From: an uncultured Solirubrobacterales bacterium
Lineage (GTDB): Bacteria; Actinomycetota; Thermoleophilia; Solirubrobacterales; Solirubrobacteraceae
DNA: 64,000 nt
Assembly: GCA_963849215.1 (NCBI GenBank)
Contig: CAWKGR010000002.1
Span: forward strand, 21,662-85,661
Reading direction: 5' to 3'
Every line of letters starts with the position of its first letter. Position 1 is the first letter of the stretch. Positions 27,067-36,930 of this stretch are shown here, in pieces. The notes under the pieces are model-generated. The model had not been told where the DNA came from and searched no databases. It saw nothing but the letters and a program-made list of their open reading frames with translations. The position numbers and the translations under genes were made by a program.

Positions 27067-28110
27067 ATCCTCGATACGCACGCCAAGACGCCCCGGTACG
27101 TACACGCCAGGCTCGACCGTCACAATGTTGCCGGCGCGCAACGGCTCATCGCTAGCGGTGCGCGAGAGGCGTGGCGCCTCGTGGATCTCCATGCCCACGC
27201 CATGCCCCACGCCGTGCCCGAAGTGCTCGGCGTGGCCAGCTTGATCGATGATGGAACGGGCCACGCCGTCCACTTCGCGCCCGCTGACGCCGGCACGCAC
27301 CGCGTCGAGAGCCGCTTCCTGTGCGCCGAGGACGAGCTCGTATACCTCGATCGACTCCTCGGCAAGTGGGCCGGTGGCGTACGTGCGGGTGCAATCTGAG
27401 CAGTACCCGTCCAGATAGGCACCCCAGTCGATCGTTACGAGCACACCGCGAGAGATCTCCACGTCGCGTGGCTCGGCGTGAGGGAGCGCCCCATGCTCAC
27501 CGCTGGCCACGATCGACGGAAAGCTTGGCGCCTGCGCCCCCCGCCGCCGCATGCGCAGCTCCAGCTCGATGGCCACCTCACGCTCGGTGCGCCCCACCAA
27601 ACCATCTTCGAGTATTTCGGTGAGAGCTTCGTCGGCAAGCTGTGACGCGGCACGTATGCGCTCGAGCTCCCACTCGTCCTTGATCTCACGCAGGCGCTCA
27701 ACCGCGCCCGCGCACGGCACGAGCTCCCAGCTAGGCGCAAGCAGCTCGCGCAGGCGCGCGTGCTGCTTGACGGTCAGGGAGGCGTCGTCGTAGCCGAGCG
27801 TTCCTCCGCCATCGACTCCCCCGAGACCCAGCGCTCGTGTCGCTGCCTCGAACAGGTCGGCGGACGCTATCTCGCGCTCGAACACGTTAGGCACCTGCTC
27901 GGCCGCCTGAGTTGCGTAGCGAAAATCGGTGAAGAAGAGATGGGCGGGGCAATCGGAGCTCGATTGATCGGCGGCGATCACGGCCAGGCCGTTGGAGCCC
28001 GTGAAACCGGTCAGGTAGCGCACGTTCACGGGTGTGCTCACAAGAAGCCGATCCACCTCCAGTGCACGCAACTCTGCCGCAAGTCGAGACACGCGAGCGA
28101 GCTCGTTCAC
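26995..28110 (-). CDS. Xaa-Pro aminopeptidase (M24)
   Basis: NVRYLTGFTGS, GYCSDCTRT, HGVGMEIHE, TVEPGVY and GVRIED motifs. Confidence 0.95.
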   Translation of the reverse strand: MNELARVSRLAAELRALEVDRLLVSTPVNVRYLTGFTGSNGLAVIAADQSSSDCPAHLFFTDFRYATQAAEQVPNVFEREIASADLFEAATRALGLGGVDGGGTLGYDDASLTVKQHARLRELLAPSWELVPCAGAVERLREIKDEWELERIRAASQLADEALTEILEDGLVGRTEREVAIELELRMRRRGAQAPSFPSIVASGEHGALPHAEPRDVEISRGVLVTIDWGAYLDGYCSDCTRTYATGPLAEESIEVYELVLGAQEAALDAVRAGVSGREVDGVARSIIDQAGHAEHFGHGVGHGVGMEIHEAPRLSRTASDEPLRAGNIVTVEPGVYVPGRLGVRIEDLALVGEHGHQRLTGLAKELAFVD

Positions 28111-28562
28111 ACGTCCCGCCTGGCGAGCTCGTCATGAAGTCGCTGCAGCGCAAGCCTGTATCCCTCTATCCCCTGTCCGGCGATCGAGATCACACACAGA
28201 TCCCCGATCACCGATCTCTGCCGCCACGGCTCACGTGTCTTCAGATCGGATAGGTGAACCTCGGCAGCCGGCAACGCCGCCGTGGCCAGCGCATCGTGAA
28301 TCGCCCATGAATAGTGCGTCCAGGCCCCTGGATTGAGCACAACTGCGTCAACCAGATCGCGCAGGCTATGCAGATGCTCGACGTACTCGCCCTCGAAGTT
28401 GGTGTGGAAGAAGCGCGTCTCGACCCCGATGTCGCTCGCGAACCCCTCAATCTGACGCTCAAGCTCGTCAAGTGTCAGCTTGCCGTAGTGCTCGGGCTCG
28501 CGCTTGCCGAGCATGTCGAGATTGACGCCGTGCATCACCTCTATGCGAGTCAAGCCCGGCAT
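28107..28562 (-). CDS. aroQ: Type II 3-dehydroquinate dehydratase
   Basis: LGKREPEHYG, NPGAWTHYS and EVHLS motifs. Confidence 0.95.
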   Translation of the reverse strand: MPGLTRIEVMHGVNLDMLGKREPEHYGKLTLDELERQIEGFASDIGVETRFFHTNFEGEYVEHLHSLRDLVDAVVLNPGAWTHYSWAIHDALATAALPAAEVHLSDLKTREPWRQRSVIGDLCVISIAGQGIEGYRLALQRLHDELARRDV

Positions 28563-28654
28563 CTGTTGGGTAGAGCCTACCGACCAACGCCCGCGGCTCC
28601 CCGCCCACGGGCCGCCGGTGATACATCCGCGCCTACAGCGTGATGCTCGGGGGA

Positions 28655-30235
28655 CTACCCACCTTGTTGCAGCTCGACCACAGCTGCGCGTAGCTCACCG
28701 GCCGGCACGCGGCAGCCGGTTCGAGCGTCACCCGGCGCACCGAGCAGCACGAACGGCACGTGTGCGCCGGTGCGCTTCTTGTCGCGCATGGTTGCTTCCA
28801 AGATCTGCTCCACGTCCTCACCGTCGAGGTGCACCGGCAATCCGCGTGCCCGCAGCAACTCACACACCCGCTCGCGCAAGTCGGGCAGGTTAGACAGACG
28901 CAGCGCCGCCAGCAGACCAAGTCCAACCGCCTCCCCGTGGCGATAGCGCTCATAGCCGGTGACCGTCTCAAGCGCATGACCTACGGTGTGGCCAAGGTTG
29001 AGAACTTGGCGACGAGCCGCATCGCGCTCGTCTTCGGCTACAACCGCGAGCTTCGTGCGAGCGCACGCGAGGATCGTGCGCTCGTCCAGTGGCTCCTCGG
29101 CGGCGACCTTCTCCCACAGCTCGCCGCCAGCGATCAGCGCGGTCTTGAGCACCTCGACGTAGCCGGCCGCCAGCTCCTCTGGCGGGAGCGTCGAGAGCGT
29201 GTCGGGGTCCACCAGCACGCAAGCCGGATGATGGTAGGCGCCGACATAGTTCTTTGCTTGAGGGAGGTCCACGCCCGTCTTGCCGCCGTAAGCGGAGTCG
29301 ACCTGTGCCACAAGCGTCGTGGGCACGTGCACCACCGGCACCCCGCGCTGGTAGGTGGCGGCGCAGAAGCCCGCCAGATCGCCAACGACGCCTCCACCCA
29401 GCGCCACAAGATGGTCAGCGCGTGTCATCCCAGCGGCTACCAGCGCGCTCCACACGAGCTCAGCGCTCGCGAGCGTCTTGTTGCGCTCACCCGGCGCAAT
29501 CTCAACCAACTCCTGCACCCCCCCGAGCCGCTCGGAATAGAGGGCGGCGACATTCTGGTCTGAAACGCAAAACGGTCGTGAGATACCTGAGTCGAGAGGC
29601 CACAGGCCAGGCTGTGTGCACAACTCGCCATTCAGCAGGCCAGGACCGACGAATACGGGGTAGTCACCGGACGCCGCGCTCGCCCACAGCAACCGTGTGC
29701 CCCTCGGCGCATACGCCAGCCCTCTCAGCGCCGGTAGCGCACGCACAGCTACACGTGGGGCGAGCGCCGGCAGGATCGCGTCTGCGATCTGCTCATACAG
29801 CGTCGCCCGGCTCGTGTGCAGCGCGATGAATGCTTCACGGTCGCCAGCCAGTGGACGCTTCTCGCGCCCCGCGTCCGCACGCCGCCACGCGGCCCGGGCG
29901 TCGATGTCGAGCAACACGGTCAGATGGGGCGCGAGCGCGGACCGTACGCGCTCTGAGAGCACGCTGCCGCCACCAAGCGCGATCACTGAGCCCGATCCGG
30001 CCTCCTCGAGCAGGCGACAGACGAGCTGCTCCTCAGCCGCTCTGAACGAAGCCTCTCCCCTCTGCTCGAACTCCTCGGCGATCGAATGTCCGAGCGCCTG
30101 CTCAAGCAGTCGATCGCTGTCGAGTGCCTGCACGCCAAGCGCAGTTGCGACCTGGGCGGCGACCGTCGTCTTGCCGGCGCCCATGAAGCCTATGAACACC
30201 AGTGCGCGGTCAGGCGCCGACGCTACGCTCGCCAT
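28655..30235 (-). CDS. aroKB: Bifunctional shikimate kinase / 3-dehydroquinate synthase
   Basis: GFMGAGKT; GGGVVGDLAGF, PTTLVAQVDS and LNLGHT motifs. Confidence 0.95.
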   Translation of the reverse strand: MASVASAPDRALVFIGFMGAGKTTVAAQVATALGVQALDSDRLLEQALGHSIAEEFEQRGEASFRAAEEQLVCRLLEEAGSGSVIALGGGSVLSERVRSALAPHLTVLLDIDARAAWRRADAGREKRPLAGDREAFIALHTSRATLYEQIADAILPALAPRVAVRALPALRGLAYAPRGTRLLWASAASGDYPVFVGPGLLNGELCTQPGLWPLDSGISRPFCVSDQNVAALYSERLGGVQELVEIAPGERNKTLASAELVWSALVAAGMTRADHLVALGGGVVGDLAGFCAATYQRGVPVVHVPTTLVAQVDSAYGGKTGVDLPQAKNYVGAYHHPACVLVDPDTLSTLPPEELAAGYVEVLKTALIAGGELWEKVAAEEPLDERTILACARTKLAVVAEDERDAARRQVLNLGHTVGHALETVTGYERYRHGEAVGLGLLAALRLSNLPDLRERVCELLRARGLPVHLDGEDVEQILEATMRDKKRTGAHVPFVLLGAPGDARTGCRVPAGELRAAVVELQQGG

Positions 30236-30290
30236 CGAGCGAGTCCCCCATGAGTGGGCTCCTCACCCGGCGCGCCTCGCCATCTGTCTG

Positions 30291-31460
30291 TCAAGGCGAC
30301 GGCCATCCGATCCGCTGACAGTAGGCCTCCACTGCCTCGCGTACGTCATCGATGTGGTCGCCGCCGAACTTGCGCCGGTAGGCGTCGGCGAGCACCAGTG
30401 CGACCATCGCCTCCCCAACCACCCCGGCGGCGGGAACCGTGCAAGAGTCGGTGCGCTCGCGCAATGCCTCGGCTGGCTCGTGCGTTGAGATGTCGATCGA
30501 TCTCAGCGGCTTTGTAAGAGTCGGCAGCGGCTTCATCGCGCCACGCACGATCAGCGGCTCGCCGGTGGTCATGCCACCCTCCAGCCCACCCGAGCGGTTC
30601 GTCTCGCGATAGTAGCCGCGAAGCTCTGAGTAGAAGATCTCATCATGAGCCTGTGAGCCGGGAACACCGGCGATCTGAAAGCCGTCCCCGATCGCCACGC
30701 CCTTGAGCGCCTGGATCGAGAGGATCCCCATCGCGAGGCGACCGTCGAGGCGCTCCTCCCAGGAGGTGTGCGAGCCAAGGCCGGGCACCAAGCCAAAGAC
30801 CTGCACCTCGAACACCCCGCCGAGCGACTCGTTGGCCTTGCGCAGCGCGTTGATCTCGGCGACCATCGCACGTCCGGCCGCCTCATCCAGGCAGCGCACC
30901 GGGGAGTCATCGACGGCGTTGAAGTCGGCGAGGGTGAGCGGGGTCTCGTGAGCGGGAGCATGAACCGAGGTGACCTGGATCACGTGCGAGCGCACCTGTA
31001 CACCGAGTGCGGCCAGAAACGCCTTGCAGAGCGCTCCGCCGGCGACGCGTGCGGCCGTCTCACGGGCCGAGGCGCGCTCGAGGATGTTGCGCACGTCTGT
31101 CTGCTTGTACTTCTGCGTGCCCACCAGGTCGGCGTGACCTGGACGCGGCAGATGGACCTCTGCCACCTCGCCATCCACAGGCCACGGGGACATGCGCTCT
31201 TCCCAGTTGGCGTAGTCACGATTCTCGACCTGCAGGGCGATGGGACCGCCGAGTGTGAGCCCGTGCCTGACGCCGGCAGTGACCTGCGCCGTGTCCTTCT
31301 CGATCTTCATGCGCCCACCGCGCCCGTGGCCGAGCTGGCGGCGCGCCATGTCCTCGTTGAGATCCCCGGGACGCAACCGCAGACCAGCCGGCAGTCCCTC
31401 AAGGAGGCAGGTCAGGCCGGGGCCGTGCGACTCACCAGCGGTTATCAGGCGGAGCGTCAT
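30291..31460 (-). CDS. aroC: Chorismate synthase
   Basis: TAGESHG, PRPGHAD and ERASARET motifs. Confidence 0.97.
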   Translation of the reverse strand: MTLRLITAGESHGPGLTCLLEGLPAGLRLRPGDLNEDMARRQLGHGRGGRMKIEKDTAQVTAGVRHGLTLGGPIALQVENRDYANWEERMSPWPVDGEVAEVHLPRPGHADLVGTQKYKQTDVRNILERASARETAARVAGGALCKAFLAALGVQVRSHVIQVTSVHAPAHETPLTLADFNAVDDSPVRCLDEAAGRAMVAEINALRKANESLGGVFEVQVFGLVPGLGSHTSWEERLDGRLAMGILSIQALKGVAIGDGFQIAGVPGSQAHDEIFYSELRGYYRETNRSGGLEGGMTTGEPLIVRGAMKPLPTLTKPLRSIDISTHEPAEALRERTDSCTVPAAGVVGEAMVALVLADAYRRKFGGDHIDDVREAVEAYCQRIGWPSP

Positions 31461-31558
31461 CTCCGCCGTAGCTTATTTGCTCACTTGCGCTTTGCCGGTG
31501 CTGGGTGTCGCACAGCCGTTCGTGTAGGGCATCTACGGCGCCCAAATGGGAGCCGCGC

Positions 31559-32476
31559 CTACTTGTGCGCTGCTGGAATTGTGCTTGCCTTATGCCCGGC
31601 GAGCGCGGAATGCGCCGTGTGCGTGAGGCGAGCAGCGCCTGCTTTGGTCTTCACCCGTGCTGCATTGGCGCCAACGACGACCTTGTTGATACTCACAACC
31701 TTGAGCGCATAGACAACGGTCTGCCCATTGGCTTCGACGTATTCGAGTTCCTCGACCTGTCCGACGGCCAGATCGATCGACTCGCATTCAGAAGCGCTCG
31801 GCAGACAGGTCCCGGGGCCGTGAAGGATTGGCGCGACGACGAGCTTGAAGACCGCTCCCTTGCCGCTGGCTGTAACTCGTTCGAAAGTGAGGCGCACATC
31901 TTGCTTGGAGGGAATCGGCTCTTTTGCCTTGAGACCAACGTATGGGGTGACCACCACCGGCTGTGTGGTACTTGCGGGACCCGTTGCGAGCGCCGCTGAG
32001 ACCACGTACACCGGCGGTTGTTTTGCCGGGGGGGCGCTAGGAGTCGTCTGCCCGCCCGTGCTCGTGCCACCGCTCGAGGAGCCGGTGCTTCCGCTGGAGG
32101 AGCCGCTTGTGCCAGTCGCTTTGGACCCGGAAGAGCTAGAGGACACGTTCGAGCTGGTGCTCTTTGCTTCTGAGGGGGAGGCCAGCGGGATGAAAGGGTC
32201 GCGGGTGGGGTCCTGATTCTGATATCGCACCCCGCCAGGAGTCTCGGAGGTCGCCACATGAGGATTTTCAGTCGCAACGGAGACGCCTGAGCGGGCCGCA
32301 GCGTTCCCCGCGGGAGCACTCGGAAGGCTCGCCGATACAACCGGCGTAGAGCCGCCGGAGCTACCCGTGAAGGCGTAGCCGACAGCCGCCAGCAGGGCGA
32401 CCCCGAGCACGACCACCAGCGGCAGCATACGCTGCGAGAACAAATCCGACTTGATCGATCGTAGGAACTCGGTCAT
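31559..32476 (-). CDS. Membrane-anchored Ser/Gly-rich protein in the PilP position of the pilMNO operon
   Basis: One N-terminal TM, an RDPF motif (as in PilP), a low-complexity linker and a Cys pair; ATGA overlap with pilO. Confidence 0.7.
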   Translation of the reverse strand: MTEFLRSIKSDLFSQRMLPLVVVLGVALLAAVGYAFTGSSGGSTPVVSASLPSAPAGNAAARSGVSVATENPHVATSETPGGVRYQNQDPTRDPFIPLASPSEAKSTSSNVSSSSSGSKATGTSGSSSGSTGSSSGGTSTGGQTTPSAPPAKQPPVYVVSAALATGPASTTQPVVVTPYVGLKAKEPIPSKQDVRLTFERVTASGKGAVFKLVVAPILHGPGTCLPSASECESIDLAVGQVEELEYVEANGQTVVYALKVVSINKVVVGANAARVKTKAGAARLTHTAHSALAGHKASTIPAAHK

Positions 32477-33258
32477 GGACTCACCTTCACTACGGCTGCT
32501 GTGGGGGCTCCGCTAGAGCCGCTGGATGTGCTGCTCGAAGCAGGCTGTGCGCTGGCCGGACCGGCAGCGGTGGCGCCGCCAAGTGCGGACTCGCCCGCCG
32601 GCAACACGTAGGCGGTAGCTGTGACCGTGCCCGTAAGTTCGGGCGACTTGGACTTCTTGCTCGACCCGCCGGCTTCGGAGGTGTTCTGGGCCGTGTTGGG
32701 TGTCAGGCTGACACTGTTGATTGTCAGCAGGCGGCCGCTCACCTCCAGCGGACCGGACGACGTCAGCACGGTGAAGCCTTCGAGCCCGCCAAGCAGCTTG
32801 CTCAACGCGAGGAAGTTTCCGTTGAACACGAACGTGAACGGCTGTTGGGAGAGCCCTGAGCTTTGTGCCGCGGATTTGACGCCCGAGGATGAGCTCGAAG
32901 AAGACCCGCCCGAGCTCGAGCTGGAGCCCGACGAGCCGTTTGTGATCGAGGAGAACTTGACGTCGTGACTGCTCGATGCCTCGTTGAGCGTGTAGATCAA
33001 GGCCGGCGTTTCGGCGGAGGCCGGCACGGCCTGACCAAGCGTCACAAGCGAGGTGTACGCGGTCGAGTAGTGCGACTGCGCGCTGCGCGCTTCGCGCGCC
33101 TGCGATTCGGCGCTCGCGAGCTGCGTGCGCGCCGTTTCAACTTCCGCGCTGAGTTTTGCGGCGTGTTCGCGCTCAGGGGAAACCCCCATCAGCCAAACGA
33201 CGGCCAGCGCAGCGAGCACCGCGATCCCCGTGAACATGAGTCGGTCGCGCAGGGTCAT
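32473..33258 (-). CDS. pilO: Type IV pilus assembly protein PilO-like
   Basis: MTLRDR + TM + coiled coil + 'RLLTINSVSL'; follows pilN. Confidence 0.75.
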   Translation of the reverse strand: MTLRDRLMFTGIAVLAALAVVWLMGVSPEREHAAKLSAEVETARTQLASAESQAREARSAQSHYSTAYTSLVTLGQAVPASAETPALIYTLNEASSSHDVKFSSITNGSSGSSSSSGGSSSSSSSGVKSAAQSSGLSQQPFTFVFNGNFLALSKLLGGLEGFTVLTSSGPLEVSGRLLTINSVSLTPNTAQNTSEAGGSSKKSKSPELTGTVTATAYVLPAGESALGGATAAGPASAQPASSSTSSGSSGAPTAAVVKVSP

Positions 33259-34022
33259 CGGGGGACCTCCTTGCCGCGCGCTGAGATTTGCTCGGTTCTT
33301 CCATGAGAATGTGCGGCAGTCACCGAAGTCTGTGTCGTGCCCGCCGGGGCGCTCAGGGCAGGTGCCGCGGGCAGCGCCGCAAAGCTGACTACAACGCTGA
33401 AGGATGGGTCGGCAGAGGGGCACCCTCCGCCTGCGGCGCTCGAGCTTCCACCCGAACTGGAGCTGGTCGAGCTCTGCAGCTGCACTTCGCTCACGCCGTT
33501 CATCAAGCGCAAGCGCTGCAGTGTTTGGGCGACCTCAGATTGGCTTATGGCGCAGCCCGTGAGCGTGAACACGGGGACTGTTCCTGGAGGAGTGCTCGAT
33601 GTCGCGCTAGCGCCGGCGCTCGACGATGAGGTCGCCTGTTCGGATCCAACCGAGCCGTGCAGCGAGTCGAGCGCCGTGCCGGCCGGCAATACGCGTCCGA
33701 GCTCGTGTAGCGCGTGAGACCAGTCAAAGCGCGACTCGACGAGCTGAGAGACGGTCTTCATACGCTCTTCGGCCGTCGCGACGAAGCTCGTGTAGGGCGT
33801 GAGACGGCCTGTGCGGGCTTGGACCGCGCTTGTCTGGGCGTCCAGTCTGGCTGTCTCGCCTTCTTGGCTTGAGATCTGACGGTGCGCGCTGCCGTACATG
33901 ACCGCGAGCGCCACCAGTCCTACGAGCAGGCCGAGCACTATGAGAGCACCGCCGCCGGAGCGTCCGATCAGGCGCCCACCGCGCCTGCGCCGCTCGCCTG
34001 GGATCAGGTTGACTGCCCTCAT
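33255..34022 (-). CDS. pilN: Type IV pilus assembly protein PilN
   Basis: N-terminal VNLIP PilM-binding motif, TM and coiled coil. Confidence 0.85.
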   Translation of the reverse strand: MRAVNLIPGERRRRGGRLIGRSGGGALIVLGLLVGLVALAVMYGSAHRQISSQEGETARLDAQTSAVQARTGRLTPYTSFVATAEERMKTVSQLVESRFDWSHALHELGRVLPAGTALDSLHGSVGSEQATSSSSAGASATSSTPPGTVPVFTLTGCAISQSEVAQTLQRLRLMNGVSEVQLQSSTSSSSGGSSSAAGGGCPSADPSFSVVVSFAALPAAPALSAPAGTTQTSVTAAHSHGRTEQISARGKEVPR

Positions 34023-35296
34023 CGCGGTGCCTCCTCGGTGGCCAGACCGGTCGCCACGGCCAGGTGCTCAGGCGACACGCTGCCGGCCGAGCCGTCATTC
34101 ACCAAGCCGACTGTTTGCGGTAGCACAGGCACGCCGAGCTCGCTTTGCAGGGCGCGGGCGAAGCCCGCTATCTGAAGCGCGGGACCACTCAAGATGACAC
34201 CGGACACCTCTCCTCCACCATCCTGGGAACGGTGGAAGTCAAGTGAATTGCGCACCTCTCCGGCGATTTCCCGCACACCACCGGCAAGTACGGGGCGAAC
34301 GTCGATCCTGGGCTCCTCCGCCGCCTCAGAGGGCAGCTCGCCATCAGGTGCAGAAGCGCCGTCGGCACTATCGAAGCTCGGCACGGGCACAGACTCTTCG
34401 AGGTCCACCGACGCAAGCAGCTCGCGCGCCTTCAGCAGTGTGATGCCGTAGCGTTCGGCGATGTCGGTCGCCATCGACTCCAGCCCACCGCTGACAACGC
34501 GCGTGAAGCGACACACGCTGTCCTCCGCGATTGCCATGTTCGTGAGCCCGCCGACGTTCAGGTAGAGCACGCGGCCGGCATGCTGCTCGTCGGCGCGACG
34601 CAAGGAGCGGATCAACGCGAAGGCGGACAGGTCGACCCCTTCGGGACGCAGCCCCGCCTCGCGGACGGCGCTCAGCAGACGATCGATCATGTCGCGTTGA
34701 GCCGCCACGACGATCACATGTTGGCGCGGCCCAGACGGCGTGTCGGCGATCCCGAGCGTGTGGTAGTCGAGTACCGCATTGTCGAGCGGCATCGGCACCT
34801 GGTCCTCGGCCTGGAAGCGCACTGCGGCGTCTAGCTCCTTGCTGTCTGTCAGGGGTGGCAGCTCGAGCGTGCGCAACACGGTGCGCTGGTTGGCGATACC
34901 CAGACGCACACGCTTGTCGAGGCGCGAGTCGCTGAACATCTCACGCAGCGTCTCGGCCAGCGCCACGCCGTCGAGCACCTCGCCCTCGCGAACCGTGTCA
35001 GGCGGCAGTGGGGCTCCTGCTGCACGCTGCACGAGGATCGACCCGTTTACGCGTGCCTGCACCGCCGTCACATAACCGGGCTGGATATCAAGACCGACCA
35101 GCGTCGGTCCGCTCTTGAGGCGTGCGCTCCGGTCAAATTTGAGGTTGGGCCTGGGTAGAGAGGGCATCTTGCGAGTCGAGGTCGGCGCCGTCAACTCATC
35201 AGTCGGCGCCTCCGGTGCAATATCGACCACGATCGACGTGGGCCTGAGCAGGCTGAGGCTGTCGTTGGTCATCTGTTTAGGCTCCTTAGGGCTCAT
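34019..35296 (-). CDS. pilM: Type IV pilus assembly protein PilM
   Basis: VGLDI, AVLDY, EVRNSLDF, ILSG and AVATGLA motifs; start may lie further downstream. Confidence 0.9.
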   Translation of the reverse strand: MSPKEPKQMTNDSLSLLRPTSIVVDIAPEAPTDELTAPTSTRKMPSLPRPNLKFDRSARLKSGPTLVGLDIQPGYVTAVQARVNGSILVQRAAGAPLPPDTVREGEVLDGVALAETLREMFSDSRLDKRVRLGIANQRTVLRTLELPPLTDSKELDAAVRFQAEDQVPMPLDNAVLDYHTLGIADTPSGPRQHVIVVAAQRDMIDRLLSAVREAGLRPEGVDLSAFALIRSLRRADEQHAGRVLYLNVGGLTNMAIAEDSVCRFTRVVSGGLESMATDIAERYGITLLKARELLASVDLEESVPVPSFDSADGASAPDGELPSEAAEEPRIDVRPVLAGGVREIAGEVRNSLDFHRSQDGGGEVSGVILSGPALQIAGFARALQSELGVPVLPQTVGLVNDGSAGSVSPEHLAVATGLATEEAPR

Positions 35297-36063
35297 CAGC
35301 GCAGGAAGGTGGTCGAGTACCAGTTGACGAGCGGGTCGCCGGCGAATACCGCGACGAGTGACCCCGACGCAAGGAACGGACCGAACGGGACAGTCGTCTT
35401 GCGTCCTGCCTGGGCGCCCTTGCGCGCCATGACGAACACTCCATAGATCACGCCCGCAAGCAGCGCGATGAGCATCGCGGGAGCTACTGCACTCCCGAGG
35501 AACAGGCCCATCACACCGGCGAGCTTCACATCGCCCATCCCCATCCCCCCCGGATAGGCAAGTGCCGCTATCAGCAGTGCCCCTCCAGCCGCGACACCGG
35601 CGATCAGGCGCGCAGGCTCGCCGCTGGGGTCAAGCGCTGTCCCAATACCGAGCGCCAGTATCGCGCCAAGCGCGGTCAGCTGGTTGGGAATGATGCGGTG
35701 CTCGAGGTCGATCAGCGCGATCGGGACCAGCAACAGGATGAAGGTGACGTTCAGGGCGATGGTCGCCGTTGAACTGCCTGCGAGTACCGCGGCCACGCAC
35801 AAAAGCGCGCACAGCGCCTCTACGAGTGGGTAGCGCTTTGAGATCGACGCCGAGCAGTTGCGGCAGTGCCCGCGCAGCAAGAGCCACGATAGGACAGGCA
35901 CGTTGTCGTAGGGCATCACCCGCGCATCGCAGCTGGTGCAGTGCGAGGCGGGCTTGACGATCGATTCGCGGCGTGGCAGCCGGTAGACGACCACGTTCAG
36001 GAATGACCCGAAGATAGCCCCGAAGATTCCGGCGAACACCAAGTCGTCTAGAACAAAACTCAT
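35296..36063 (-). CDS. pilD: Prepilin peptidase
   Basis: GSFLNVVVYRLP, two CxxC pairs, IDLEH, GMGDVKL and PFGPFL motifs. Confidence 0.95.
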   Translation of the reverse strand: MSFVLDDLVFAGIFGAIFGSFLNVVVYRLPRRESIVKPASHCTSCDARVMPYDNVPVLSWLLLRGHCRNCSASISKRYPLVEALCALLCVAAVLAGSSTATIALNVTFILLLVPIALIDLEHRIIPNQLTALGAILALGIGTALDPSGEPARLIAGVAAGGALLIAALAYPGGMGMGDVKLAGVMGLFLGSAVAPAMLIALLAGVIYGVFVMARKGAQAGRKTTVPFGPFLASGSLVAVFAGDPLVNWYSTTFLR

Positions 36064-36072
36064 GGGAGGCTA

Positions 36073-36098
36073 ATCGGCGGATGAGCGATGCCACTTGA
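36073..36098 (-). promoter_or_regulatory. sigma28/WhiG-type promoter of pilD (TCAAG-N15-GCCGAT)
   Basis: Motif ends 9 bp before the pilD ATG. Confidence 0.75.
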
Positions 36099-36171
36099 GC
36101 GTTGGGTGGGATCTCTTTGGGAAGGGAGATGAGAGCGGGTCTCGGGAGACGAGATTCGGGTCTGGTTAACG

Positions 36172-36203
36172 AAAGAGAGGCGACCCGGAGGCCGCCTCTC
36201 TTT
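36172..36203 (-). terminator. Intrinsic terminator after pilin copy 2
   Basis: AAAGAGAGGCG...CGCCTCTCTTT. Confidence 0.8.
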
Positions 36204-36245
36204 GCTGCGTTGATTGGTCCGGAGCGTTAGCTCTAGATCAGGTCG

Positions 36246-36707
36246 CTACCAGCTGGTTGATTCTTTTGCGCCTTTGCAGCCTGTCGTACTGCTTTTGCAG
36301 AGGTGTTCCACTACTCCGCTTGCCAGCCTCTTGACTGTGAATGTATCGCCAGTGTTCTGCGCCGTGACGATGACTTCATAGCCTTTGTTGCCGGTTTCGA
36401 TGCCTTTTGCGGTTGTGAGCTCGGCTTCTTTGGTGTTCGTAGTATTGATCGACGGCTCGATTTTGCTCAGTTCTGCCGGTGTCGTGAACGAGTATTCGCC
36501 ACTTTTTTCGGTCGCGAACGTCTCAGCAGCGGTCTGAGAGGTCTGAGCCAGAGTCTCCGCCGAGGAGTCATAGGCCTTGCTCTTCTGGCTAAGGAACGCA
36601 GGAATCGCGATCGCGGCGAGAATACCGACGATCAAGATCACTACCAGGAGTTCGATGAGCGTGAAGCCACCCTCATCAGATGCGCGCTGGCGCAGTCGAT
36701 TAAACAT
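36246..36707 (-). CDS. pilA: Type IVa pilin, copy 2
   Basis: Class III signal G|FTLIELLVV and C-terminal Cys pair; ATG 36707 gives 153 aa, the same as copy 1. Confidence 0.92.
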   Translation of the reverse strand: MFNRLRQRASDEGGFTLIELLVVILIVGILAAIAIPAFLSQKSKAYDSSAETLAQTSQTAAETFATEKSGEYSFTTPAELSKIEPSINTTNTKEAELTTAKGIETGNKGYEVIVTAQNTGDTFTVKRLASGVVEHLCKSSTTGCKGAKESTSW

Positions 36708-36744
36708 TGTTATCCCCATATTGGACAAAACTCATGGGAGGCTA

Positions 36745-36770
36745 ATCGGCGGGAGAGTGGTGCCACTTGA
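36745..36770 (-). promoter_or_regulatory. sigma28/WhiG-type promoter of pilin copy 2 (TCAAG-N15-GCCGAT)
   Basis: Duplicated pilD promoter; both boxes are intact while the spacer has diverged. Confidence 0.7.
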
Positions 36771-36854
36771 GCGTTGGGTGAGATCTTTTTGGGAAGTGAG
36801 AGTAGATGGGGTCTCGGTGGAAGAGATTGGGTCTCGTGGATCAGGTCTCGTTAA

Positions 36855-36890
36855 GCAAAGAGAGGCAGCCCGGAGGCCGCCTCTCTTTGC
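36855..36890 (-). terminator. Intrinsic terminator after pilin copy 1
   Basis: GCAAAGAGAGGC...GCCTCTCTTTGC. Confidence 0.8.
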
Positions 36891-36930
36891 TGCGTTGATT
36901 GGTCCGGAGCGTTAGCTCTAGATCAGGTCG

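Noticed and set aside
28655-35296. Shikimate genes directly following pilMNO
   Set aside because: Linkage of pilMNO(PQ) with aro genes is a well-known conserved arrangement, not novel.
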